Positions 1-15,240 of a DNA stretch of 64,000 bases are shown in pieces. Position 1 is the first letter of the stretch; each line of letters starts with the position of its first letter. The notes under the pieces are model-generated. The model did no database searches. It was not told the DNA's origin and saw nothing but the letters and a program-made list of their open reading frames with translations. Both the position numbers and the translations under genes were made by a program. Origin of the DNA: Cercozoa sp. M6MM (taxonomy: Eukaryota; Protista; Endomyxa: Ascetosporea); NCBI GenBank assembly GCA_040357565.1, contig JBDODJ010000032.1. The stretch is one strand, 5' to 3'.

Positions 1-97
1 TTTACCCCCCTATTCACCCCCCACTAAACCCCCAACTTACCCCCCTATTTACCCCCCTGTTTACCCCCCAACTTACCCCCCTATTTACCCCCCCCCC

Positions 98-866
98 AGA
101 GGCACGGAGTTCTGCAGCCTGCTGGGTCTGCCAGTGGCCGAGCACAGCTGTGTGGCCACGTCGCGCAGGAAAGGCGGCGGCGCAGCGCCGGCCGAGCACA
201 CGAAACACAAGAGCGGCCGCAACAGGCGACAACGAGCTGCACCGTTTCCTGCCTATATATCTCTATATCTATGTGTGTATATGTATATATAATTATTTAT
301 TTTATTTATTTCTTTATTTGTTTATTTATTTGTTTTTTTATTTATTTATTTATTCATCTTTATTTATTTTTTTCTTTATTTATTTATTTTATTTATTTAT
401 TTTGTTGACTTACATATACACATATATATATATATAATTTATCTATATATTTATATACATACATATGTGTGAATATGTGTGTGTGTGTGTGTGTATGAAC
501 AGTGGCATGTGGAACCGCATCTACAAGAGTCTGCCGCGATGGCTCCGACGTGTGTTGCGACGACTGTCTTGTATCTACACGCATCTACATTCATACATAC
601 ATACATACCATACATACCATACATACATAGACATATACATACATGTGACAGGGCAAATGACGCTGACACTGCTGCTGGCCAGTTTTGTCGTCGTTTCGGC
701 GCGTCACTTCTTTCTGGTAGGGTCACGGTCAGGGGGCCAAAAGGGTTAGGGTCCCCTATATGCTGTCTGTATGCTGTCCCTAATTGACTATGTTGCTCAG
801 ATCTGGCAGAACAACAAAAAGCCGGCGTGGCAGCGCCGTGGCTACCGTGTTGGACACCGGCAGTAG
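98..866 (+). CDS. 3' exons of a gene truncated by the window start; hypothetical protein with a C-terminal TM segment
   Basis: GC-rich exons (~98-243, 502-570, 652-716, 801-866) separated by GT-AG repeat-filled introns. Spliced reading ...GMWNRIYKSLPRWLRRVLRRLSWQMTLTLLLASFVVVSARHFFLIWQNNKK...RQ* (TAG 864-866). No family recognised with confidence. Confidence 0.4.
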
Positions 867-945
867 TACATAGGAGTAACTCAGTCGCACACTGTTACGT
901 TAGTTCTGTCAACATCTATCAATTTCTTCGGCTGACAACTTGCGT

Positions 946-1138
946 TGCTCCGCGTGGAAATACACTCAGTCATGCGAAAAAGTGTTGTCTGGCTGAGGAG
1001 ACCCTCGCCTGTGCTTGGTAGAGTGGCGAGCAGCTCGAGACTGCTGCAAGAAGTGGAGTTGTCTTCACTAAGATTTGCTTTGGCAAGCTCGCAACCTCAT
1101 AAACATAGCTAGGTTGGTTTCCTAGAAGACTCAACTAA
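946..1138 (+). mobile_element. SINE-like short element sharing its 3' end with the LINE at 20332-26458
   Basis: 1113-1138 (GTTGGTTTCCTAGAAGACTCAACTAA) is the exact reverse complement of 20336-20361. The 5' part (TGCTCCGCGTGGAA...CAGTCATGC...CCTGTGCTTGGTAGAGTGGCGAGCA) is homologous to 26459-26590. Confidence 0.6.
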
Positions 1139-1176
1139 TTATCTAAACTTAGCTAGGCTAGTTTAACTGTAGCGTA

Positions 1177-2726
1177 TCATAGGTTCAGTTTTGCTTGAAC
1201 TGGATCAAAAAGGTGACGCGAGTACACGCGCGTTCCGGCCGACAGTTGTTCGTCTTCGTCGGGTCGACCAACAGTGGCGTGCACTCTCAGGCGCCACTGC
1301 TGTCCCCTCGAAGTGCCAATGACTACAGCAGCTTTCGGTATTCTCGAGTCCTCATCGCTGACGGGAGGTGGCAGAGCGTGCAACTCGATGTACACGGGTA
1401 CTTGGAGACCCGGCGAAATCACTTTGTCGCGTCGTGTGACACAGCGCAGCCACACGTTGCACCTACTGTGCAAAGGTCGAGACGAAGCGATGCCGTGCTC
1501 GCCTTGCACACACGCTGTCAACACATTTATTTAGTTCATCCCAGCTAATGTACCGTAAATCCTTACCTCTGAAACGAAGCGGGTGCTTCGACACATTTCT
1601 CAGTGTGATGGCACGTCGATAAACACTTCCACTCCGCACCAAACCAAAGTCGACAGTGTCGTCCGGCGAGATCGCGACTGCTTCGAATGCTTGTTCATCT
1701 TGATTGCCCCTTTGGAGACTGCGGAGCAACTCAAAGTGTTCAGTCGTGTGCAGTTCTTCCTTCAACTGATCGGTCAAGTCGTGATTAGTTTCAGAAGTGT
1801 CGTTCATTTCGATTTCATCGTCTGCATCTGCATTGTCAACGGCAGCAGTGACGTCGGAAGATGATTTCGACGCAGAATCGGACTCAGTTTCGTCAGTCGT
1901 CAACTCTCGCAGCAGCGCTCGCAGCGTTCGTTCTGCCACGCGGCAGTTGAAAAACAAGTCGACGTCGCTAATGGCGAGCTGCATTTCGTCTCGGCTAGAT
2001 TTCGAGTCGGGAGTGCTCTTCGACCAACCAAGCAGCTCGAGCAACTCTTTTGCGAACGGCTTTTGCTGCAACTCGGACACCTCAATCACTCGGTGCTCCT
2101 GCTTCTCCGGTGAGTCCTGGCACAGCTCATCCAAATGCGCATCGGCAATGTCCGAGATTGGACGACGTGCGAATGCGTGCACCTGTAATCATCATCTTTT
2201 GGAAATAAGACACCCAGTAAACTTATATTGTGTCAGAGTATTTTACCACATGCAGCAAATCTTGAGCATCAGATATCGTCAAATTGCGTTCTCGAAAAGC
2301 ACGTCGAAGCTGCAGTTCGATGGAAGCAAATGGGTGATCAAAGTACCCATGACTGTCGCGTTTGTTTACTTCGGATGGCCAGATCATTTTCACTCGGCGA
2401 ACAACTTCGGCTGACTCGTCAGGCCACGCTTCGTGCGGAAACACGAGTCCATGCTCCTCTGTCCAGGCCCTGACTGGAAAGGTTGCTCGGAGGATTTCCT
2501 CGGCATCTTCAGAGTCACTCAAGATCTCGACTTCATCAAGACGCACCTCATCCCTCGGCGCGTGCTCTTTAAGCACGTGCCTTGCTTCAATTGAATGTGA
2601 GCCAGACCCCAGCTCACTTTCAGCTTGAACAAGTTTGCTTGCTGGCGAGTCCAATTTCGCTAGTTCCGCGGACGTCGCCTGAAGCTCTGTCAACTCCTGT
2701 TGTTGCTCTCCCCGTTCTACCGACAT
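1177..2726 (-). CDS. Hypothetical protein with C-terminal ASH/MSP-like Ig-fold domain (spliced, at least 3 exons)
   Basis: Consecutive minus ORFs 2223-2744, 1463-2182, 1177-1524. Motif VDFGLVRSGSVYRRAITLRNVSKHPLRFR...ISPGLQVPVYIEL matches the ASH/Hydin-type pattern (F G...I.L.N....L.F...I.PG....V.+.+). Confidence 0.55.
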
Positions 2727-2862
2727 GCGCAAATTATGCAGCAAATGGAAAGAAAAATAACCAAGCGACTCATGAGAAACGCTTCTGTCGGTCGTCGATC
2801 CCGCGGGTAGTTTATTCCTTTCGTTGGAGATCTAGCGCGAACATACGCTCAGTTTAAGAGCC

Positions 2863-3700
2863 ATGACGTGGAACCGCGCTTATCGCACGGTGAAACTTCT
2901 CACCAACACGGCACTCTCAGTAGGTGCGTTTTGTCTGGGTTGGAAGGGGCACAGTGTCCTGGCGTCAGAGCTTAGACACACCGGCAACGACTGCCTGACG
3001 TGCGTGGTTTCCGGAGACCAGAGACTCCCCGTTGTGCGTGCGCAGGTCCAAGCGACACCACTGCTTCCCAACAGCAGCGCTAATAACACAAACGAGAACA
3101 CCAGAGCCCACACGTGCCGTGTTTTGTTGGATACGGGTAAGAGTATTAAAATTAAATTCAGCAGCTAGAGACTCATCGTGTTTTACAGGCTCAGCAATCA
3201 ACATGACGAACGATGCCGTAGCGCACAAACTGCAGCTACCAGTGACACCGCTCCCTGAAGGCATGGTCTCTTCTACTGGAGTGCACGGTGCCTCTGCCAA
3301 CGCGTGTGGCTTCACCGAAATCGACGTAGCACTCGAACGGCCACACACCGAGTTTCTGCGTCGCTGTCGCTGCTACGTCTACAGCACTGCCGACTTTCCT
3401 GGGTGAGTACTCACGCGCGCTCTCTCGGTTTACAGTAAACTGAGTGGTGGTCTTTTATTAATTTTGTGTAGAGACAACTACGACATCATTCTCGGCTTTG
3501 ACGCCGTCGCGCGTCTCAACGTGCTGTTTGACACCAACACAGCCACGGACTCGACTGGTGCTGCCAACAAGTGGCGGAACGCAACGTTAGTGTCTTGCTC
3601 CTCGCCATCCTCCTCGTCAGGCGACGACAGCTCGACTGACCGACCGGCATCCTGGCTAACTGACGACACTGTCACAACCGTTATGTTGTGCTGTCTTTAG
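2863..3700 (+). CDS. Retropepsin-like (A2-type) aspartyl protease, intron-containing
   Basis: Removing GT-AG introns 3137-3188 and 3403-3471 gives RVLLDTGSAINM...GVHG...FPGDNYDIILGFD, i.e. the catalytic D-T-G-S and the C-terminal ILG.D motif. 3' end uncertain. Confidence 0.75.
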
Positions 3701-3971
3701 TATGTTATCCACTGCACCCATTGTACGGTCGAACGGGACCGAAACAGCTTTACCGGTTCAGATCGATTGTCAGCGTTTCTCAATCAATCAAGTTGTCATC
3801 CTGACTCACTACTCGTCAGTGCGATGCCGTAACATCTGAAGTACTAAAAAAACTAATACCGAGACTAAACCGATCTCGTACGCGACGTCCGTCGCGTCCT
3901 CCCGTCTCGAACGTTTACCATAATTCTTCAAGCGTGAGCAGTGAACAAGACGTCCTAACGTCGGTGTGACA

Positions 3972-6545
3972 TTAGTTGGCGACATCGTGGAAGAAGTCGA
4001 TGATGAGACCACCGACGGACTTCATACAACGACGCAGAATCGCGAGGAACTGCAACTCAGCCTGCCACATGAAAGTACAACCTCAGAAAGACAAGCACCA
4101 AAGAGAAAGAGAGCAAATCACCTGCTCGTCGGACAGACCGAGCATAAAACGATCCTCGACGAAGCGCATGTGCTCACTGAATGAGAAACATATCAACTCA
4201 AGAAGAAACACGCAAAAAGTCAAATGCGAAAAACCTTCGGATTCTGGGGTCACGCGACGTGTCCATCAGTGCCGTCAGGTTCATCTAACAGGAGATGACA
4301 GATACAAGACCAGGTGTCCCCTCAGAAACAACGTACCAGCAGCGCCGCATGTCGTCGCAGCGTGGCAAAGCACTGCGTGCACAGCAGTTCAAACTGTCGG
4401 TACAGCGAGGCAGCGTTCGACGTGTCCTCATCCGGCTGGTGTGTCACAATCACGGCCACCTGCAAAGAAACAAGTTAACAACATAACGTGGTGTTGCTTG
4501 GCAAAACACATGTGTATCCTACCATTTCCTTGCGCAGTTTGATGACCTAGCATACATGCAACATTAAGCAGATGAGAACTGAAGCGAAACTTGTGTGTAC
4601 AGGAGGAAACGGTTTTCCGGGTGGTTCCTCGCCGAAAATGAAGCCGAAATCAATGTGCAAGAACTTGCCGGTGCCGCGTTGGAGCAACTGCATGTATTTT
4701 TGGTTGGGGTTGAATAGAAACTAGATAACCAGGTGCTAAAAAGGAAAACTCGCACCAAGTTATCGAGATGCCGATCGCCCAGACCGAGCAGATATGAGAT
4801 CACCGAGTAACCAGCCAGTGACTTGACGTACGTGTCCAGACAACTGTTTTTCACACGTGAGGACATAGATAGTAGTGGACACTTGGGCACTCACTATACC
4901 GTGACATCTCGATGTCTGCCTCGTCGACGCCGGGCAGGTTGGCCGCGAAGAAGCGACGCAGGTCGCCGTCGTTCTCTTTCATCGCCGCGCGCAGTGGCAC
5001 CACGTTCGGCACAAAGTCCACAAAGCCCTAGATACACAGAACAATGGGACAACGGTACAGAGTGTACAAAGTGATAGTACCTCAGACGATGACGTGGCCA
5101 GAACAGCGTAAGGTGTAAGACACATGTCCAAATTCACACGTTTCAGCAACTGATCCATCTGCTGGATCAGTTGGATCACTGCAAATAGTACACACATAGA
5201 CTGACTGATAACTGATTACTGGACGGTTGTACCCATCTGGTCCTGCCGCAAATCATCGCCAATCTTCCAAATCACACGGTGCTCGCGCAACGCATTGTTC
5301 CCTTAACAATACGCACTTGTCAAAGTGTCCACACAACTGGACCAAAAAACTGTACCAAGTTCCTGCTCTGGATCATCGACGACTTCGAAACAGAGGCCTA
5401 GAAACAAAAAAAAAAACTCAACCATAGAAAAAACAACGTGTACACCTACCCAGAGGGGCCATTGCCGACTGGAAAATGATCGCATTGTGACCAAGAATGC
5501 CCTAGAGTCGAAAAAACGAATACCAATTGAGTCAAAAGAAAAAAGAGCAATTACCAAAGCAAGCTGACGCGGCTGGATCGGCAATCGAACGGCCGGAGTC
5601 AGACGCTGCAACTCGCGCAGCACGCTCCGATCCTCATCCGAGTCTGAACAAGCACGCTTATTCCAGACCACTGACCAATCTAGAATAAGCTCTACACGAG
5701 TCATTGTCGTTTTGGCCTTCAAGACCCTTTCGAAGCCACTTCTTCCGCGCGGACATGTCTGCAGACCAATCTTGTTTGCAAAGCGCAAAAAATAAATCGC
5801 AAACAATACCTTTAATCGAGGCCACACGATGCGAGAGCCACGAAAGCGACCTAAACAAACTTGGCGGGTCAATTTTGGGAAGCTTTAAACAAGTTTGTTC
5901 GTACCCGAGTAATGATCTCTGTTGCAGCAGCCAGTTCCGCATTCGTTCCGGGAGTTGCAGCACAAGATCCTTCAGCACTGCAGAGCAGGGGCCCATCTTC
6001 AAACAACAGAGAGCAGCTAGAACGGTCGTACCAGAGGCGTACATCGAGGCCAAAACGGCATCGTCATCGTCTTCAATTCCTGGGCAGTAAAAACTCGAAA
6101 TTTGGTGAATCCGAATTTTCGAAAAAGTGCAAGAAGAAACCATTTGGTTCACTCTCCCTTTCAGCCACGTCATCTTGGTTCTGCTCAACACGCACATACA
6201 AGTGTAGATACAGGAAACACAGCTGGGAGCTACGTTGGAGAGTCCGGCGGCCACACGAACGTTCCAATAGAGTTGCGAACTGCGCACACACACAGAGCGA
6301 AAATGCAAAAGCAAAAGTCGATCGCCGTTTCAGAGAAATACCAGAGCGAGAAGGACGTGGCACGTTCCAACAGGAACTGACTCAACTCACTACACATACA
6401 CACAGATACTAGAGGTACAATCGATGCACATTAAATGACACAAGGGGCGCACCTTGGATACTCTGGCTCGTATCGCAGCGCAGTGATCAGCGGCAGCAAG
6501 AAGGACGAGAACTCGGCGTCCTGTGTGGACACACATCACAACCAG

Positions 6546-6610
<65 letters not shown>

Positions 6611-9361
6611 NNNNNNNNNNNNNNNNNNNNNNNNNNNNNNNNNNNNNNNNNNNNNNNNNNNNNNNNNNNNNNNNNNNNNNNNNNNNNNNNNNNNNNNNNN
6701 NNNNNNNNNNCACACACACACACACACAACACACACACACACACACACTTGAAAGTGCTTTCTATGTGTCAACAAAAGAGGTAGAAGCAGACATCGTTGA
6801 GTGCAGTGTCGTTGCGCAGCACTTCGACGGCGAAGGATCGCACCGACTTGTGCTACACACCGAGACAGACACACCGCATAGTGTCAACTATTCAAACGCA
6901 AAGCACGGTGTGGCTACAGTGAATTGCGGCGACAGAAGTTCCAACGCATCGGCTGCACCGATCGGCGCCCTAGAAGTCACATACACTAACTGAACTCAAC
7001 ACAGAAACACAGACAGGCAGGAGGTACCACTGTCGCATCAGTTTTAGTGCCTCCTTGGACTGCGACTCGGACGTCCAGTCCACGGCACGCAGGAACTTTG
7101 TCAACGCGTGCGGGTCCTCCAGCAGCGAGTACCGAAAGTCCCACAGTGCTTGCCGGTCACTGCCCAAGGAGAAACCGGTCACACCCACCGCTCAGACCCA
7201 ACTGCAAGGGAAACCGACCGCGCGGAGAAGTCACTTCGCGACGCAATGATCAGCGCCAGTTCCGACTTCTCGGCCGCGTTCGGTCGGATCTATCGGCGAG
7301 GGGCAAGACGGAGTATAGATGGGATAAAGAAGGGGGCAAAGTAGGGGTAGAAGGGAGTATATATGGGGGTGAGAAAGGGGGCAAAGAAGGGGTAAAAGAG
7401 GTATACGTCCTGCGGAGCAACATGCAGCGTGCGACGTCGAATTTCGATCGGATTGCCAGCACGCTCTTGCAGCAGGCCTTCTGGGTCGTGCACCCAGTAG
7501 TCACCTACGTCCGCGCGGATACCCAAACATACAACAAGGGCCCAACAACAAGCTCGTCCGAACACACCTTTCTTCTTCTGCGGCAGCGGCAGCAGCGGCG
7601 CCGGCACCAGCGGGTCGTACACGCACGGAAACGGCAGCGACGGAAACACCAGGTTCAGCCACAGCGGCGTTTCCTGGGGGGGGGGGGGGGTAAAGGGGGT
7701 AAAGAGGGGGGTAAAGAGGGGGGTAAAGAGGGGGGTAAAGAGGGGGGTAAAGAGGGGGTAAAGAGGGGGGTAAAGAGGGGGGGTAAAGAGGGGGGTAAAC
7801 ATACAGAAGCTGCCGAGGACGCGTCGCCATCGCGCGTCTGGAACTGCCGCAGTCGCGTCAGCGTGAGTTCGTCGAGCCAGTCGATGCGCGGCAGGTCGCT
7901 CTGCTGCGCCGCTTGAAACGCGCGGTCCAGGTCACTGCCTGCGCAGATACCAAAATACTAAGATCCCAAAAATACCAAAAATACAAAAATACAAAAAAAT
8001 CAAAATACCAAAATACGAAAATTAATAAAATACCAAGATCCCCAAAATACCAAAAATACGAAAAATACGAAAAATACCAAAATACGAAAAATACCAAAAA
8101 AATACAAATAATACGAAAAATACACAAAAACAAGAATGATCGCGAAAGCACCGTGAATGGCGCCGTACAGAAAATCGTCGTTTTGCGTCACCTTCTGTCG
8201 CTCGCGGTGATCGATCACGCCGGCGACGGTTTCGCTCTGCCCGCATGGCACAACCGTTTCGAAAAAAACAAGAAACAGTGACATGGAAAAACAAGAAAAA
8301 CAACAAGAAAAACAACAAAAAACAAGAAAACAACAAACTCCGACAACAAAAACAACAAAACAACAGGAAAAACAAGAAACACGGAAGAAAAGCAACAAGA
8401 AAAACAACAAGATTAAAAAAAACAACAAGAAGAAAAAACAACAAGATAAAAAACAACAACAAGAAAAACAACAACAAGAAAAACAACAACAAGAAAAAAC
8501 AACAAAGCGGTACCGGCAGCGCTGACGGCGACACGGCGAGTTTGCCGATGCGCAGCGGCACACGCATAAAGCCCTGGTCACACACAGCAGTGTCTCCAAA
8601 CAAGGTAGTTTTCGTCCAGGCAGTAGGCAGTGTAGGCAGTGTAGGTAGTGTGTAGGTAGGCAGTGTAGGTAGTGTGTAGGTAGGCAGTGTGTAGGTAGTA
8701 GGCAGTGTGTAGGTAGTAGGCAGTGTGTAGGTAGTACCTGGCACAGCGTGCGGTCGAACACGGGCAGCAGGATGGCACCGAGCACGTGCGTGCACAGCGC
8801 GTCCTCGTTGGAGTCCTCGTCGGCCTCACTGCAAAAAGTACCACATAGTCAGAAGCAGCACGGTTGATCAGAGGAGAAACGCACACAGGAACCGACACGA
8901 ACACCGTGATGGCCAGTCGATGCTGCGGCACCAGGTCGCGGATCTTGAGGCCCATGTGCAGTGTGTGCTGCCATTTGGCACACGCCTCGGTGTCGTTCGG
9001 CTGCACCGGTGTCAGTGGCGTCGTCTGCGGCACTGTTTGCGCATCGCCGCCCGTCGGCCTGCAGTTGTCGATCTCGTATACATATATTACCCCCGTTATT
9101 GAACATGTTATGGACACGCTACGCATCCAGAACAAGCTCGACGCGAGTGAACACACAGGCCTCGGTCTTCGTGTCACAAGTGAAGTCTTGCAGCGACAGT
9201 CGGCCCGCCAAGGAGTGGATGTGTCTGCCCGCGATCCAAAAAAGCTGTCTTATTTTTATTCGCCACCAAATATATAGACCAGATCAATCATACATGTCGA
9301 AAGGCACGTCTATATCACTCGACCGGTGCCAGTGCACCTGCCTACCCTGCCTACGACTCAT
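3972..9361 (-). CDS. VPS34: Class III phosphatidylinositol 3-kinase Vps34 (many exons; spans an assembly gap)
   Basis: C2 region ([24 protein letters not shown]), helical domain ([24 protein letters not shown]), kinase domain [56 protein letters not shown], and C-terminus [13 protein letters not shown]...[10 protein letters not shown]. Confidence 0.92.
6549..6748. repeat. (CA)n microsatellite flanking a 100-N assembly gap (6611-6710)
   Basis: Seen directly in sequence. Confidence 0.95.
7676..7799. repeat. Intronic (GGGGGGTAAAGA)n G-rich tandem repeat
   Basis: Tandem 12-mer array inside a Vps34 intron. Confidence 0.9.
7948..8505. repeat. Two intronic A-rich degenerate tandem repeats, (AAAATAC)n and (ACAAGAAAA)n, separated by a Vps34 exon
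   Basis: Seen directly in sequence. Confidence 0.85.
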
Positions 9362-9476
9362 GCCCACGCCTTCACACACAGTGGACTTTTGAAAATTAGA
9401 TTGTTTGGTCGCAGATTTCATTAAGGGAGCTGCGATTTCGAGGTCCAATGTTTCTGTGCAGATTTTTCTTGCTGTG

Positions 9477-10722
9477 ATGAGCGAGCCTCCAGCCAAACGA
9501 CGCAAGTGCGTCGACGCTCGTGCTGGCACACCAGTGCATCATGACAGGGAGGAGTTTTCGGAGGCGGAGAATGTGAGTTTTAGGGTTCGGTTTGGTTCTT
9601 GTATTTTTCTAAGTGAAGGTGTGTGCAGGTGGCAGAACGTGCAGTGGCTCCTCTGCCCGACACAGTAACCAAACACATCGATTCGCGAGTCGCTGTGCCT
9701 GAATCAGACCGGTATTACCTTTGTTTTGCTGTGAATATCGCGAAAAGTGCCAGATTATTCACATTTCTCTGTGTGCTTAGTCCTGCGTCGGAGGACCCTG
9801 ATGTGCGTGTGCTCAAGCATTTGGATGCAGAAATTGGCCAGAAACGATCCCGGTTCCGTCAAGGTAGTGCGTTTTCGCTCAGCAAAGTAATTCTGGATGA
9901 ATTGAGTTTTTTTTTTAATCAGTGCTCAAGCCAGCCGACGCGGCCACCATGAAAGAGTACGTTCGCAACCCGAAACAAGTCGTGGCGCAGTTTTTGCGCA
10001 CTTTAAACCCGGCCTGGAACGAATCAGAGGTAGCAGGAACTTACTTGCAGTTTTGCGTCAACGTTTTCCTTGTGTGCTGAGCGTTTCTCCCGCTGATGTT
10101 TGTTTTGACCCGACGACAGTGCAACGCGTTGTTTGACACGCGTCTGGCCTCGAAAGTGATCAAACTGGACAATGCCAGACGTATTGGCAGTCGTGTGAGT
10201 GGAACTTCGGGCGGCTCGCTGCGAAGCTCTTCTTCAGCAGCAAGCAATGCGAAACTGACCGTTGAAGAAACGCAGCGAATTGCACGACGCCGGCGACGTC
10301 GCAGGCAGAAGCTGCCGCAGGACCTGGCGCAGTACTCGCTGTACGAGCCACTGCGCGTGCTGTGGCGTGCCTATGCCGAGGTGGCCGTGAAGCACACTCG
10401 GGAGGTGCGCCAGGCTGGTGCCAATGCCGACTTTTGCGCGCAGGTGTCGCGACTCGACCTGCACGGTGCCGAGCTGCGAGTGATTCGCTCCAAGAACCCC
10501 ACGCTCGTCGGTCTGGTGGGCACCGTGCTCTCTGAGACGCGTCAAACCGTGCTGCTGGTGACACGTGCCAATCAGTACAAGCGCATGGCCAAGCAAGACT
10601 GCGTGTTCGCTGTCGAGGTGGCCCGTGTCTGGGTGCGCATTTTTGGCCAGCACTTCAACGTGCGAACCCACGATCGCGTGAGCAAGAAGCTCAAGGGCAA
10701 GCCCACAATCGAGCTGCTGTAG
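9477..10722 (+). CDS. POP4: RNase P/MRP protein subunit p29 (POP4/Rpp29)
   Basis: YEPLRVLWRAYA...RLDLHGAELRVIRSKNPTLVGLVGTVLSETRQT...IFGQHFNVRTHDRVSKKLK matches the Rpp29 domain. N-terminal NLS-like PPAKRRK; short 5' exons. Confidence 0.9.
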
Positions 10723-11091
10723 CCTTCAGTTTATACCGAGCTGTTGCAGCCTTTAGTTCTGTGAGTGTAAACACAACTCGTTAACGTTAGTCACAGTACT
10801 GAAGACAGAGGGTTTATGCACTGATCGCCGATCGAGTGGCTACGCTGCCTGAAGGCGCAGACGACACTCCAGCCACTATTGCGCTTGTTTGCCGTGTGTG
10901 CGTGCAACCTGCAGTCACAGAGGTGCCAATTAAATACTCTGTGCCTGCGATAACGCCGCTCAGTGCGATGTTTGTTGTGACTGGCTGAAACCGATCACAT
11001 GGCCTTGTCAAGTGTTGTTTTTTGTTTTCGTTTCGCGATCTTTGGGTGAGTCCGCGCGGATGCGTTCTGTGCTTTAGCGCTCTGTGATTAG

Positions 11092-15039
<3,948 letters not shown>

Positions 15040-15240
15040 AGCAGGGACCTTGTTGCACGCACACTGCTGCGCACGAGTGCGTTCCGTTTATTGAGCCTGC
15101 CAGTGCACGTCCAGCTGATATCTATGTTGACTATAGTAGATACGACACGATAGCATAGATAGCCGAGTTGTCGTTATTCAGTTTCAGTTTTAGTCTGACG
15201 TGAGTGGCGTCAGCACCGCACGGTAAACACACTACCGTCT

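Noticed and set aside
1-97. Telomeric repeat or chromosome end
   Set aside because: Unit is TTTACCCCC, not CCCTAA(A); the same arrays occur inside introns throughout the window.
8000-8795. Long Phe/Leu/Cys- or Lys/Asn-rich ORFs
   Set aside because: Translations of intronic simple repeats within Vps34.
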